The position numbers and the translations under genes are program-made. This document shows positions 49,888 to 61,407 of a DNA stretch of 64,000 bases, piece by piece (the first letter of the stretch is position 1; every line of letters starts with the position of its first letter). Location: contig NC_133622.1 in NCBI RefSeq assembly GCF_048593235.1, forward strand, positions 148,242,001 through 148,306,000. The letters are read 5' to 3'. The notes beneath the pieces are model-generated. The model did no database searches, was not told the origin of the DNA, and saw only the letters and a list, made by a program, of their open reading frames with translations. The DNA is from Sminthopsis crassicaudata. Lineage: Eukaryota.

Positions 49888-50152
49888 ATAGTAGACAAAG
49901 CACTGGGTTTGGACTCAGAGCTCTGAGTTCAAATCCTGCCTCAGACAATTATTAGCTATGTGATCAAGGACAAGTCTCTTTATCTCTCTGCATCCCAGTT
50001 TACTCATCTTTGAAATGATGGTGTTAAAGATTTGAAGTACTCTAAAGTCTCTTACAACTCTACAACTATGACTCTTCATTTTACAGATGAGGAAACTGAG
50101 GAGCTTAAAGTAATTTGTCCAACACGTTATTAGCAAGATTTGAATCCAGGGC
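49888..50152. mobile_element. Two opposed MIR fragments in DDIT4L 3' UTR (+ 49888-50030; - 50075-50152)
   Basis: Both carry the MIR core, in opposite orientations. Confidence 0.7.
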
Positions 50153-50953
50153 CAGTATTTTTTCTAGTATTATCATGCTGCTGCTTTGCTTTATCATCTC
50201 TCTCCAATCTAAAACCTTTCAAAAGTGAAGCATGTACTTACAAATAAAGCTGAATAAAACAGATTTCTTGCAGTTATAATGCAAGATTGTTTTCCCCCTC
50301 CATATCTTCAAAGGTAAAGAGAATGGCAAGAGAGAAAACAAAGCCATTTTGACTCTGTAATGTTCCTAATCAGCTCTTTCCAAGAATAATTTTTAAATTA
50401 AACTCAGAGGTTTAAATTCCATCTTGTAGGATAAGAACCCTTCAACATACAATAGGAACATTGGTTTTGTGAGCTTTCAGAAGTTTTTGTATTGGTTGAG
50501 CTTTGTTTAATAAGGTTATATAGTTGCAAGGATTATTTTGGAGAGCTTTTAAAGTGCCATTATTAAGAGCGAATTAAGCAAAATGTCATTCATATTGTCT
50601 GGTTGGATGTAATTAATTAATTACTCAGTAGACTGCCTTTTTTTGAAAGGATGGGCCAGAGTGGATGAGCTCCACAAATGAAAGGTGATTGATTGCTCAC
50701 TGTGTTCCCATCAGCTTCATCCTATTTTTCAGTGGCTATGGCCTTAATCAGTGGAGAGTGCCTATTCCCATGAGGATGTTTTGGGCAGGCCACAAGGATA
50801 ATGCTTTTGAGCAAAACACTTGAGATTGTGATGAACAAGGAACATATGTCATATGGGCTAAATTTGGGGTTTCTTGTTGAGGCCAGTCAAGCTACAAATG
50901 ACATCAAACCAAGCAGTGGCACAATCTATTATAAATCAGCTAGAGAGATTTTT

Positions 50954-51441
50954 CTAGCACTCTTCAATGACTGTTCCAATCAGTGAGTAAAGCTTCCTTT
51001 TAACAAGCCTAAACCCTGGACTGAGAATCAGAGTTCTCCTAAAACCAGATGTGAAACGAGCTTTACTGAAGAAAAAGTCCCTGAAACTAGACCATGAACA
51101 ATTTTCCTGCTTAAACACCAGTGTAAGCTCAAAGGTAGGCACCACACTAGAATCACATACAATCTTATCCAGTTTCTTACATACATTTTCAATTTCCAAG
51201 TTTACATGTATAATGCAACCTCGAAGACCACAGGGCTCAGGGGAAGACAAGCGCAATACATCTTGAGCTATTCTCTTGGTCAGTTTCTCAGGGACAAGAA
51301 CCTTGGAGCAGCCAAGTTTGGTCTGCTTGGACTTGGACAGGGAATTCTCCAGCATTTTAGCCAGGCTCTGGCAAGTAGTCTCTTCAAATACTGCTTCATT
51401 GAGGTTGGGTTCTGGCATAACATAATCCCAGTAGTCAAAAT
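50954..51441 (-). CDS. DDIT4L: DDIT4L (REDD2/RTP801L) last coding exon
   Basis: ORF 50954-51418 reads MPEPNLNE...KLGCSKVLVPEKLT.RIAQDVLRLSS.EPCGLRG...VPTFELTLVFKQE...GFRLVKRKLYS, which matches the RTP801 C-terminal domain of DDIT4L. A polypyrimidine tract and TAG acceptor precede 51441. The exon starts AT TTT GAC TAC TGG GAT TAT GTT ATG (D-FDYWDYVM). Stop TAG is at 50954-50956. Confidence 0.98.
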
Positions 51442-53227
51442 CTATAGGAAAGAAATTACAAATGAGAGGGGGGAAAAAAGGAAAAATTCAAGCAGAAGGG
51501 GGAAAACAACAACAACAAGAAATTTATGATATAGAGAAATATCAACTTTAAAAAAATACAACATTTATTTTTGAAAGTCAGGGGACCTTGTTTTTTGACT
51601 CAATTCTACCATTAACTGAATATGTTACCTTGAAAGTGAGTCTCAGTTTTCTCACCTTGAAGTTGCCAGGCTCACTGGTAAGTCACTGAACTACCCTGGG
51701 CAAATCTCTTTAAGATTGTAAATTATTTCAGTAGAGAGAGTTCCCTACATCAATAAAATCACAAGTTTGAATTGAAAAAACAAAGAGGAAGTTGTACTAA
51801 GTGAAATTTCTAAGGTCTCTTCTAGTTTGAAAATATGAATCTATTGGTTTATAAATACAGAACTTTAGATACATTAATTAAATTTACTGGATTCTGTGAT
51901 ATTCCATGGGTCTTGGTCCACTATCAATTAAAGCATATCATAATTCCTAGGAGCCATTAGCAAAATTTTCCATTAGTTTCTGTGCATTAAAAAATTTTTA
52001 TTTTGATAAACTATCTTCTAATTGAGAGGCTCTCCAAACATAGTCTCGGACTTGAATGACAGATATTGTCCATTGTTTGGCAAGAACTGCCAGAGATTAT
52101 GCTTAGCTACCATGGGCTTTGAGAACCCAAAGTCACACCCAGTAACACCAGCACCAAGATGTAACAGTAGAACTTCAATGGAAATTTAATTTTAAGCCAA
52201 TATAATGTGGCTAGTAAGTAGGAGCTAGAGCCAAGAAGATGTACATTTAAACCCTACCTAGAAAAATGATCAACTCTGGGCAAACCACTTGACCTCTGTG
52301 AGGTTCAGGCAACTCTATAAGTATGCTACCATCTGCCTCCCTATAAATTGGGAGAATGGCTTTCCTCCACCCCCACCCGTCCCAAAATAAAACAAATATA
52401 TAAATTCCTGTCCCAAGTTTTATTAACTATATTAAATGTAGAATAAAAACCCCTATTATATACTATATCAAATATGCCTAGTCCTAAGAAAGTCTTAATT
52501 TTAGTGGCCATTAGATTAGCCCGAATTTATAGCATCCCTTATTTAAAAATTTTTGCTTTATGAAAAAAAAAATTTTTTTTCTATAATTATCTGGCAAGTT
52601 TCCCCTAGCCAGGCAAAACAAACCAGTCCTAGGAAAACAAAATTAAGTTTACAGAAACTGATAGCTCTGCATTGGTCATCTGCTTCCTAAAGTAATCCTA
52701 GTAGTTGGCAGCTCTCCACCCACACCACAGGCTGATTGCTCACTTGAGGACTGCCCAGTCAGTCTCTCTCCCGATACAGTTTATTTCTTCCTTATTTATT
52801 AATGAATTTTTTCATAACTAATATCATGGGATTATTTAGTCTCCTCTCATTTCTCTTAAAGGAAACAGCACAAAGGAAACCTAAGTTAGTATTCCTTGGG
52901 ACTTAGTTCCAAATTGATGTTCCAAATTCAGAATTAGTACCCCTTAATTGGACCTGTAAAAAAAAATATCCACTATAAATTTCAAGTCTACATAGCTCTT
53001 ACAGAACATTTCAAGTCACACAGGCCAGTAGCAACTGCTGTCAAATAAATCTCAGGATATTTTATTTTTTCCCTCTATTCATCTGGGCTATGATGGGACA
53101 GCCTTCTCATTCAAAGGAGCGATACCAGAGATGATTACATCACAGAGAACTTAAACTCACGTCCTGATTGGCCATCCCGCTCTACTCTTCCCGGAGAAAT
53201 TAACCAGGTAACTGCTGAAATGCTCAC

Positions 53228-53315
53228 CACTTAGACTTCCAGGCGGAAAGCCACGGTCTATCAACTCGGAAATGCTGGCCGAATTTTTACTGTTTAAACT
53301 GCTAGTCGCAACCAT
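53228..53315 (-). CDS. DDIT4L: DDIT4L first coding exon (coding part of exon 2)
   Basis: ATG at 53315 has a strong Kozak context (ATCATGG). It encodes MVATSSLNSKNSASISELIDRGFPPGSLS plus one G, followed by a GTGAGC donor at 53227. The phase-1 join G+AT gives Asp. 88+488 nt = 192 codons, i.e. a 191-aa protein plus stop. Confidence 0.96.
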
Positions 53316-53371
53316 GATGAACCGCACCGCGGCTCCGGCAGTGCGGGATGGGGAACAGCTTTCGGGGCACA
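53316..53371 (-). other. DDIT4L: DDIT4L 5' UTR portion of exon 2
   Basis: Acceptor TCCTTTTTGTCCCTGCAG ends at 53372. There is no upstream ATG in the 56 nt. Confidence 0.85.
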
Positions 53372-53834
53372 CTGCAGGGACAAAAAGGATACAACAGTGA
53401 ACTAAGCTGGGGCAAAGAGCCTCTCACAAAAGACAATTTTTATTTCCTAAAGGAGAGAGGCCCTCAGCTCCCTTGTCCTCCCCCCTTCCCCAGTCTGGCT
53501 CCCCCGTAAGTCTCAAGGCCTAGAAGCAGAGAAGCCGACTTCGGGAAATCCTACAAAATAAACTCGAAGCAAAGCTCTCCTGTTAGTCTGCCGAGAACAG
53601 GGGCTGCACGTCTAAACCTTAGAGGCCCACGGAGTTAAAACTTGAATGTCACCTAGTCCAAGTCTTCTCATTTTAAAAACCAGGGCACCAAGGGCTAGGA
53701 GAGTTGGAGGTACTCGTCCAGGGCAACCCGAGTAATCAGGCAATCGAACCCACATCCTTTCCCCATTGTCCTGCTGGGTGCACCAACTCCCTCCCATGGA
53801 TCTTTCGGAGACACAGGGTTTATTCAAAAGATTA

Positions 53835-54030
53835 CATCTTTAGAGCAGAAAGAGACCTCAGAGTCCATCTAACCTACCCCCGCTCTTCATTTTTACAGAA
53901 GAGGAAACTGATGTCCAGAAAATATGGAGTGATATGACCAAAGGTCACAAGGGGAATAAATCACGGAATCAGGATTCGAACTCATGTCCTCCTGGCTCCA
54001 AATGCAGCACTCTGCATAGCACCACGCTGC
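53835..54030 (-). mobile_element. MIR in DDIT4L intron 1, inside the CpG island
   Basis: Near full-length reverse MIR. B-box GAGTTCGAATCC (53972-53983) is intact and CpGs are retained. Confidence 0.8.
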
Positions 54031-54079
54031 AAACTCCTGCACTGCCCAAGCCTCTGAGGGCCACAGGATCTCCTCTTAC

Positions 54080-54125
54080 CTGCCTCGACTTACAGAAGTG
54101 CACGCTGGCGTACACGGGATGCCCG
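54080..54125 (-). other. DDIT4L: DDIT4L non-coding exon 1 (predicted; TSS approximate)
   Basis: Lies ~25-30 nt downstream of the TATA-like box. It ends at CAG|GTAAGA (intron starts 54079) or at the alternative TCT|GTAAGT (intron starts 54093). Confidence 0.6.
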
Positions 54126-54147
54126 GAGCTCAGTGGGTATATTGCGC

Positions 54148-54155
54148 TTTAAATA
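54148..54155 (-). promoter_or_regulatory. TATA-like box (TATTTAAA) of DDIT4L
   Basis: The only AT-rich octamer of this type in the GC-rich island, located ~60-75 nt upstream of strong donor sites. GC boxes lie upstream (e.g. GGGCGG at 54353-54358). Confidence 0.65.
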
Positions 54156-56639
54156 TACAGTAAAGAAAAGCCCGTCTCCAGTGAACTCTTTTAAAAAAGC
54201 ATTCTTTCTCCGGGCGGGGGGCAGTAGGGTACTGCCCTGCAGGCACCCAGCAGTAGCCACCAGAGCCCCCCGCCCTCAACTCACCCCTACACAGACCCAC
54301 AGGGTCCCGGGACTACTTGTAGGTACTTCTGGCCCCGCCTCCGGCCCCGGCCCCGCCCACTTGCCTCAGGCCTGCCCCTCCCCTTCTCTCCGCCCCCTCT
54401 CTCCTGGGTGTCTGAAGCCGGGAGGACCGGGCTCCTGGGAGGCGGAGGGGGAACCGGATCTGGCCGGAGGTGCACCTGCAGTTTACTGGGTGGGCAGGAG
54501 AGCGTCCTGCCTCAAGTCCCCGGGAAAGATCCTCTAGTCTAGTCCCATGACTTGTCTCTCCGTGGGTCCGTCTTTCAGGGTCTCCTCCAGTCTTTCCCCT
54601 CCCCTGCCCCCACCCGCCGCAGGACAGCGGGAACCGTCTGTGATTTTGCTTGCCTGAGTTTAAGAGGAACAGGCCACTTTTTCTTTTGATACTTCTCTTC
54701 CAATGGTTTCTAAGACTTCCCGCGGGCCGCTTATACACCCAATTCTGGGGATCCTGAAATTCTTAGCTTTGCCCTCCTCCGCCAGATGTTGCTTCTTGCC
54801 ACATTCTGCCCCAAATCATTTCCTGCCTCTAGTAGGCACTGCTCTGGGGGGTAACGAAGACTAGGCAAAGCAGCAGCAAATTTGAAAAATATGTCTTCTC
54901 TCCCTCTCTCCGGGCTGTTGTTTTTGTAACTAATTACCGTTCACTGCTTCTAGAGCAAGCCTGGTCTACTGGGCAAGTCGGGGAATGGGAGTATTTAAAT
55001 GAAGAAAGTATTGTCAAGAAGCTTAACAAGCCTATTAATGAGATTTTAACAGTCTGCAGGACTGCCGACTGGCTCAAGAGCTGATTAGATGAAACGGGTC
55101 ATCTCCAAGGAAGAGCTTCTCCCAGCCTGGAAGGCTACAGCCTGGGCTGCAGGGCTGCTGGACTGCAAGATGGATCTCAGGAAGTGGCCAGAACTATTAC
55201 AAATGTGGATCTCGGAGGTCATTTGATCTAACCTCCATCCTGCAGGCTCAGAAGGGAGCTTGCCAAAGTAGTAAGCAGCAGTTTAATGAAGAGGAGGGAT
55301 AGTCGCACATTTTGGCAGGGACAAACACTCAAACAAAAATCTATCCATTTTTGAAGTTTTCTAAAACAGTGTTCTGTTCTCTCCGTAGTGGTATCAGTGA
55401 GTGGGGTCCAGCGCAGAGCAAGCAAGTCTGGAGCATGTAGGGGGCTGAAAAGGCAAGAATTTAGGTATAAAGAAGATTATGTAGTGAAGGAAAAATATAT
55501 GATCATCCATGACTACTTTGGGTAAAAAAAAGGTAGATTTGTGGTATGGAAAGAAAATCTAGCCTCCGGAGGAGTCCTCATATACTGGCCTAAAAACATT
55601 CAGCTGGAAAATAACATTAAGAGGTTCTAAAGGGAGTGATAGATCAGTGGGAGGACATTTGGAGGCAGGCTTGGCAGCATCTGAAGCTGGCTTGACAATC
55701 CATTTTTAACTCATCTCACTGAGCAGCAAAGCTTGAAGGTCAATCTAACCAAAGAAGGGTAGATTCATCACCTGGCCTTTGCCAAGCAAAATATTTGGTT
55801 GGATTCTACCCCACCTTTTTTACTTCACTTTCAGGAAAGTGGTAAACAAATGATTCCATAAAAATATATTTAAAAGCAGCTTCTCTGGTAAGGATAGAGC
55901 CCCAGAGAAAGGAAAATGGGTTCAACTTTGTCTAGAGATAAAAACAGCCTTCGTATTCAAGGAAGTATATGTGGGTGGACCTTGAAGCAGTGGTGGTCAT
56001 GGCTTAATTACTTTGGTCATACTAATGGGAGAGAGAGGGATCTATCATGAATCCATTCTGTGCCAAAAAGGGGGGAGGGGGAAGGTGATGAGTCAAAATA
56101 AATATCCATAGGAAACAAAGGAAAAGTATAGTTAAGTAATGTATTGAGTGCTGTTTAAAAGATATTACTGGGAGTGCAGAGTAAATGTAAGCCAAGGATC
56201 ACCATCATTTTCCTTTTTACACAGATTCCAAACTATTTCTCCCTTTCGTTCACTTTATCCAGACAATTACCACATCTTGTGAATTATTCCTTTGAATGGC
56301 TCTGGTACCCAGATCTTCTCCATATCTCTACCCAAACAGTAAGCTAGGTCATCTAGCCTCTAGGTTTATCACTTATCCAAGATTTGGAATCTCTTGATGG
56401 TAGAAACCTGGAGAAGATGGGAGAGGGTTTTGTGTTGGACCTTAGACATTACTACTTGTTAATACAGACTTGTGAACTGTTTCTATTCTGACTCTAAGAT
56501 TATGAAATTCCAGTTCTTGCTATCTGTAGCAACTGGGTAGATCCTCTATGGCACCCTTATGAGAAAAATTGGGTAAGAAGAATTGTGATCTGCAATCTGA
56601 ATCGAGTGCATTTTGTGTCCCTGGAGGGAATACTTAAAT

Positions 56640-56815
56640 CCACAAGATGATAGATGCATTTGAATATTTGAGAAATGTCTCCATTAACAATCTACAAAGT
56701 TCCATGGTATTGGCTCAATGAAAGAAAAAGCTTCCTAATGACTAGAACTATCCAAAAGTGAAAAGAGCTACTTGTGGAAATATTAGGTTCCTCCTCAATA
56801 GGTGACTTCAAGCAT
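56640..56815 (+). mobile_element. L3/CR1 3' fragment
   Basis: GAAAAAGCTTCCTAATGACTAGAACTATCCAAAAGTG...CTTCAAGCA resembles the CR1/L3 3' end. Confidence 0.5.
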
Positions 56816-57040
56816 TTGTTCTGCTGTGTCTTATGTTTTGTGATCCCTTATAGGGTTTTCTTGGTAAAAATATTGGAGTGTTTTGCCATTTCCTTCTCTA
56901 GCTCATTTTATAGATGAGGAATCTGATCCAACAAGATTAAGTGACTTGCCTAGTAAATATCTGAGGCCATAATTGAACTCAAAAAGAAGAGTCTTCTTGA
57001 CACTAGGCATAGCACTTTATTTACTTCACCACCTAGCTTT
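56815..57040 (-). mobile_element. MAR1-type CORE-SINE
   Basis: Reverse tail and core. Confidence 0.8.
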
Positions 57041-57259
57041 ATTAAGCAGTAGTATGCTAGTAAATGTTTAACACCTGGCTATCTGGAGAAAAAACAAAGT
57101 ATGCAGGAGACATTTTTAAGCTCAACTTGCATTATGAGCATTTTCTCCAGCACTTAGTCCTAAGTCTAGACAGTCAACAAACAATAAAAGTCCTAGTTGG
57201 TAACATTTATGAATTTCTTTTTCTATCTGATTTATCTTTAAGTCTTAAAACAACAACTT

Positions 57260-59950
57260 AGTGGTAAATTCTCTTGCTCTATCCAGTTCCTCCCTCACTT
57301 ATTAAACAGCCAAGCAATATGTATCAATTCCACATGTGAAATCATACTAAACATACTTCCATATTAGCCTTGTCACAAAAAAGTGAGAAAATTATATAAG
57401 TTTGTATTCATAGAAACCATTATTTCTCTCTTTGGAGGTGGATAATATTTTTTATCATGAGTCCTTTTGAATTATCTTGAATCATTATATTATCAGAGTA
57501 GTTAATTTTCACAGTTGATCATCTATCAATATTGCTATTATTTTGTACAAGAAATCCCTGGCTTTGCTCACTTCACTTTGCATCAGTTCATATAGGGCTT
57601 CCTAGGTTTTTCTGAAACCATTCTTCTCTATCATTTCTTACAGTATCATGGTATTCCATCACAATCAAACAACTTGTTTAGTCATTCCCCAATTGATGGG
57701 AATTCCCTCAATTTCTAGCGCTTTGCCACCACAAAAAGAACTATGATACGTACTTTTGTACATTTTTGTCATTTTCCTTTGATCTCTGAACTAATAGTGG
57801 TATTTCAGAGTCAGAGGATATGGGTATCATTCCAAATTGCTCTACAGAGTAATTCGCAATTCCAACAACAATTCATTAGTGAGACCTGTTTTCCCATATC
57901 CTCTGCAGCATTTGTCTTTTCTGATAAATGTGAGATGTAATTATTTTGATTTGCCTTTTTCTAATCAATAGTGACTTAGAGAATTATTTTGATTTCTTCT
58001 GTAAACTGCCTATTCATATTCTTTAATTATTTATCATTTGGAGAATAGAGCTTATTTTCATATACTTGACTCAGTTCTTTACATATGAGAAATAAGACAT
58101 TAATCAGAGAAACTTCCTATAAATTGTTTTGATATTACTTTATTATTATAGTACTTTTAGTAAGATGTAGTTTCCCTGCTAATTTCTTTTAATAAGGTCT
58201 ATTTTTGCTTTTGCTTTGCCTGAGATCATGATTACTATTCCTGCCTTTTATTTTTTTAACTTCAGTTGAAATATAAAAGATTCTACTCTAATCTCTTATT
58301 TTATCTCTGTAAATGCGTCTTTATGTTTCAAGTGTGTCTCTTTTAACCAACATATGGTTAGATTCTAGTTTCTAGTTCATCTTATTCACATTCATAGTTA
58401 TGATGACTATTTTCTTCTTTCCTGTTTTCTTTTGTTTATACTTCTCTCTCTCTATCTTATCCTTCCTCAAAATTCCATTTTGTTTCTGACCAGTTTCCTC
58501 TAGTCCACTCTTTTATCACCCCCCTTCTCTTATTCCTCTTTTAAAGAGGAAATTCTTACTTCTCTGATAGGTAAGATAGATTTTTATACCCTACTGAGTG
58601 TGTGTGTATGTGTGCATGTGTATGTATGTATTCTTCCCTCTTTGAAATGATTCTGATAAGAGTGAGATTCAAATATTATAAACTTCCACCATTTTTTCTT
58701 CCACTGCAAAAGTTTTTCCTCTTTTATATGAAATAATTTCCTCTGTTTTTTTCTTCCTTTCTCTTCCTCCCAGTCAATGTCTTTCAATTTTTTAAAGATC
58801 ATATCAATATACTCTTTAAGTCCATGCTGTCTAATTTGACATCTTCTAAATGCCCTAATAATGATAAAATTCTCAGGAGTAACATGTATAATCTTTCCCT
58901 ATAGTAATGTAAAATGTTCAACATTATTAAATTCTTTATGATTTTTTTATGTTTACATTTTTATGCCTCTTTTGTGTCTTATTCATGAATATCAAAATTT
59001 TTATTTAGCTCTTTTAATCAGTATTATAGTATTTAAACGTCCTCCATTTCATTAAATATCCACTTTTTTTTTCATTTGAAGGATTATACTCACATTGCTG
59101 GGTATGTTATTTTTGGTTCTTGATTTGTAGCTTATTCTATATCCTAGCTCCTTTGTCTTCTGGAATATCATATTCTAAGCCCTCTGCTTCTTTAATGTGA
59201 AAAGTAGTAAATCTTGTGTAATTTTGACTGTGGCTCTATAATACTTTCTGACTCCAAGCAGTATTTCCTCCTTGTTTGGGAGCCTTGGCTATAGTGTTTC
59301 TGGATATTTTAATTTGGGATCTCCTTTGGGGGGGTTGATGGATTCTTTCAATTAATTCTATTCTAATTCTAAAATATTGGGGAACATTTCCTTGACAATT
59401 TCCTGAAATATGATGTCTAGGCTTTTCTTTGATCATGGTTTTCAGGTAGTGTGTTAGGGTCTGGAGTTTCTCAACCAAGAGAATTTAGGAGCCTTCTCTC
59501 TCCCAAACCACAGGATTCTTCTCTGCCAAAGGGGCAAACTGATACTGAAGAAAGAGGCTGGTAGTTCCACTATAATTATATAATCTGTTTAATCATATGG
59601 GTTGCTTCCATAAGGGCACAGTTTAGGTAACAGATGATTTAATGGATCTGGGTCCCTACAAAGACACCCAAATCAAACAAAGGATGGAGGAGCTCAAAAT
59701 GTCATCATATATTTCATTGAAGATTTATATTATATTTACCAGCAGATTTAATTTTGGGCCTGGGTCCTAGGGCTTGGGAAACAAGCCAGCACTGTTGGGT
59801 GAGTGCCTAGACACCCAAGGTTATGTGGCAGATACAAAGGAGGTTATGTTCTGGTCACTGTTTCCTTGTTTTGCTATAGTTTGCATCTGGTTACTATATA
59901 TTTGTTATAACTTTCAACCCAATAGGGACCTTACATAGTTTAAATTATTC
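57260..59950 (-). mobile_element. Old non-autonomous L1 (HAL1-type) with ORF1 remnant, split by an LTR
   Basis: ORF1 homology (RIHQPPQRR..IKISRNTIAK; NMIFQKTKEL; KKWIFNEMED). The EN start (KAGIVIMISGKAKAKIDLIKR...GNYILLK) is fused at ~58128 to the ORF2 C-terminal region. Confidence 0.82.
59452..59935 (-). mobile_element. Solo LTR
   Basis: TGTTAGGG...CCTTACA termini and 5-bp TSD TAGTG/TAGTT. Minus-strand TATAAA at ~59725 and ATTAAA at ~59590 give the orientation. Confidence 0.8.
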
Positions 59951-60487
59951 TTTTTTTATTATTATAGCTTTTTATTTATAAAAATATGCATGGGTGATTT
60001 TTAAACATTGACCTTTGCAAAACTTTCTGTTCCATCCTTTCCCCTCTTTCCCCCCACCTCCTCCCCTAGAGGGCAGGTAGTCCAATACATGTTAAATATG
60101 TTAAAGTATATGTTAAATCCAATATATGTATACATATTTATACAATTACTTGCTGCACAAGACAAATTGGATCTAGAAAGAAAGAAAAAAACCTGAGAAG
60201 GAAAACAAAAATGCAAGCAAACCATATCAGAAAGAGAGGAAATGCTATGTTATGGTCCACATTCATTTCCCATTGTTCTATCTCTGGGTGTAGTTGATTC
60301 TCTTCTTTACTGAACAATTGGAACTGGTTTGAATCATCTCATTGTTGAAGAAAGCCACATCCATCAGAGTTGATCATCGTAATGTTGTTGCCATGTATAA
60401 TGATCTCCTGGTTCTGTTCATTTCACTCAGCATAAGTTCATGTAAGTCTCTCCAGGCCTCTCTGAAATCTCCTGCTGATCATTTCTC

Positions 60488-61407
60488 TTTTTTTTTTCCT
60501 TAAAATAAATTTTATTGCCATCTCATTTTTATATCACTGTCATTTAAAGTTATACTACTCCCACCTGCCAACCTCCCTCAACCTGGAACAATAACCTTTG
60601 TTCCCTCCTAACAACAAAAAAATTAAATAGAAAGAAATAGTGATTGAATCTGACAGAGCACACACAATTCTGACCTAATTATCTCTTTGGCTTCCCTAGT
60701 TCTTTTCTTTCTTTCTTTTTTTTTATTATTATAACTTTTTATTGACAGAATACATGCCTGGGTAATTTTTTACAACATTATCCCTTGCACTCACTTCTGT
60801 TCCGACTTTTCCCTTCCTTTTCTCCACCCCCTCCCCTAAATGGCAAGCAGTCTTATACATGTTAAATATGTTATAATATATCCAAGATACAACATATGTG
60901 TGCAGAACCGAACAGTTCTCTTGTTGCACAGGAAGAATTGGATTCAGAAGGTAAAAATAACTTGGAAAGAAAAACAAAAATGCAACCAGTTTACACTCAT
61001 TTCCCAGGGTTCCTTTTCTGGGTGTAGCTGATTCTGTCCACCATTGATCAACTGGAACTGAATTATATCTTCTCTTTGTTGAAGATATCCACTTCCATCA
61101 GAATACATCCTCATACAGTATCGTTGTTGAAGTGTATAATGATCTCCTGGTTCTGCTTATTTCCCTCAGCATCAGTTGATGTAAGTCTCTCCAAACCTCT
61201 CTGTATTCATCTTGCTGGTCATTTCTTACAGAACAATAATATTCCATAACATTCATAAACCACAATTTACCCAACCATTCTCCAGTTGATGGGCATTGAT
61301 TCATTTTCCAGTTTCTAGCCACTATGAAAAGAGCTTCCACAAACATTTTGGCAAATAAAGGTCCCTTTCCCTTCTTTAGTATTCCTTTAGGGTATAAGCC
61401 AAGTAGT
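60488..61407 (-). mobile_element. Nested 5'-truncated L1 with ~200 bp 3'-transduced segment and second poly(A)
   Basis: TSD CTGCTGATCATTTCT (60472-60486) / CTGCTGGTCATTTCT (61408-61422). L1 body at ~60715-61407, extra segment at 60498-~60700. Confidence 0.8.

Larger units (their letters stand above)
48385..50953 (-). other. DDIT4L: DDIT4L 3' UTR (predicted, ~2.5 kb, contains SINE insertions)
   Basis: Runs from the stop codon to an AATAAA followed by a U/GU-rich downstream element. The end position is inferred. Confidence 0.6.
53240..54790. promoter_or_regulatory. CpG island / DDIT4L promoter region
   Basis: Sharp rise in GC and CpG density compared with the CpG-depleted remainder of the window. 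Spans exon 2, intron 1, exon 1 and the upstream GC boxes. Confidence 0.85.

Noticed and set aside
53157-53372. 71-aa ORF as an independent gene
   Set aside because: It starts at a non-ATG codon in the splice acceptor and runs into intron 2. Only 53228-53315 is coding (DDIT4L exon 2).
53156-54105. RCGTG hypoxia-response-like pentamers (53157-53161, 53607-53611, 54101-54105)
   Set aside because: Pentamers containing CpG are expected by chance in a CpG island. Not supportable without conservation or ChIP data.
54133-54738. ORFs of 134 aa (+) and 141 aa (-) at the DDIT4L promoter
   Set aside because: They lie in a GC-rich, stop-poor CpG island, are Pro/Gly/Arg-rich and low complexity, and show no recognisable homology.
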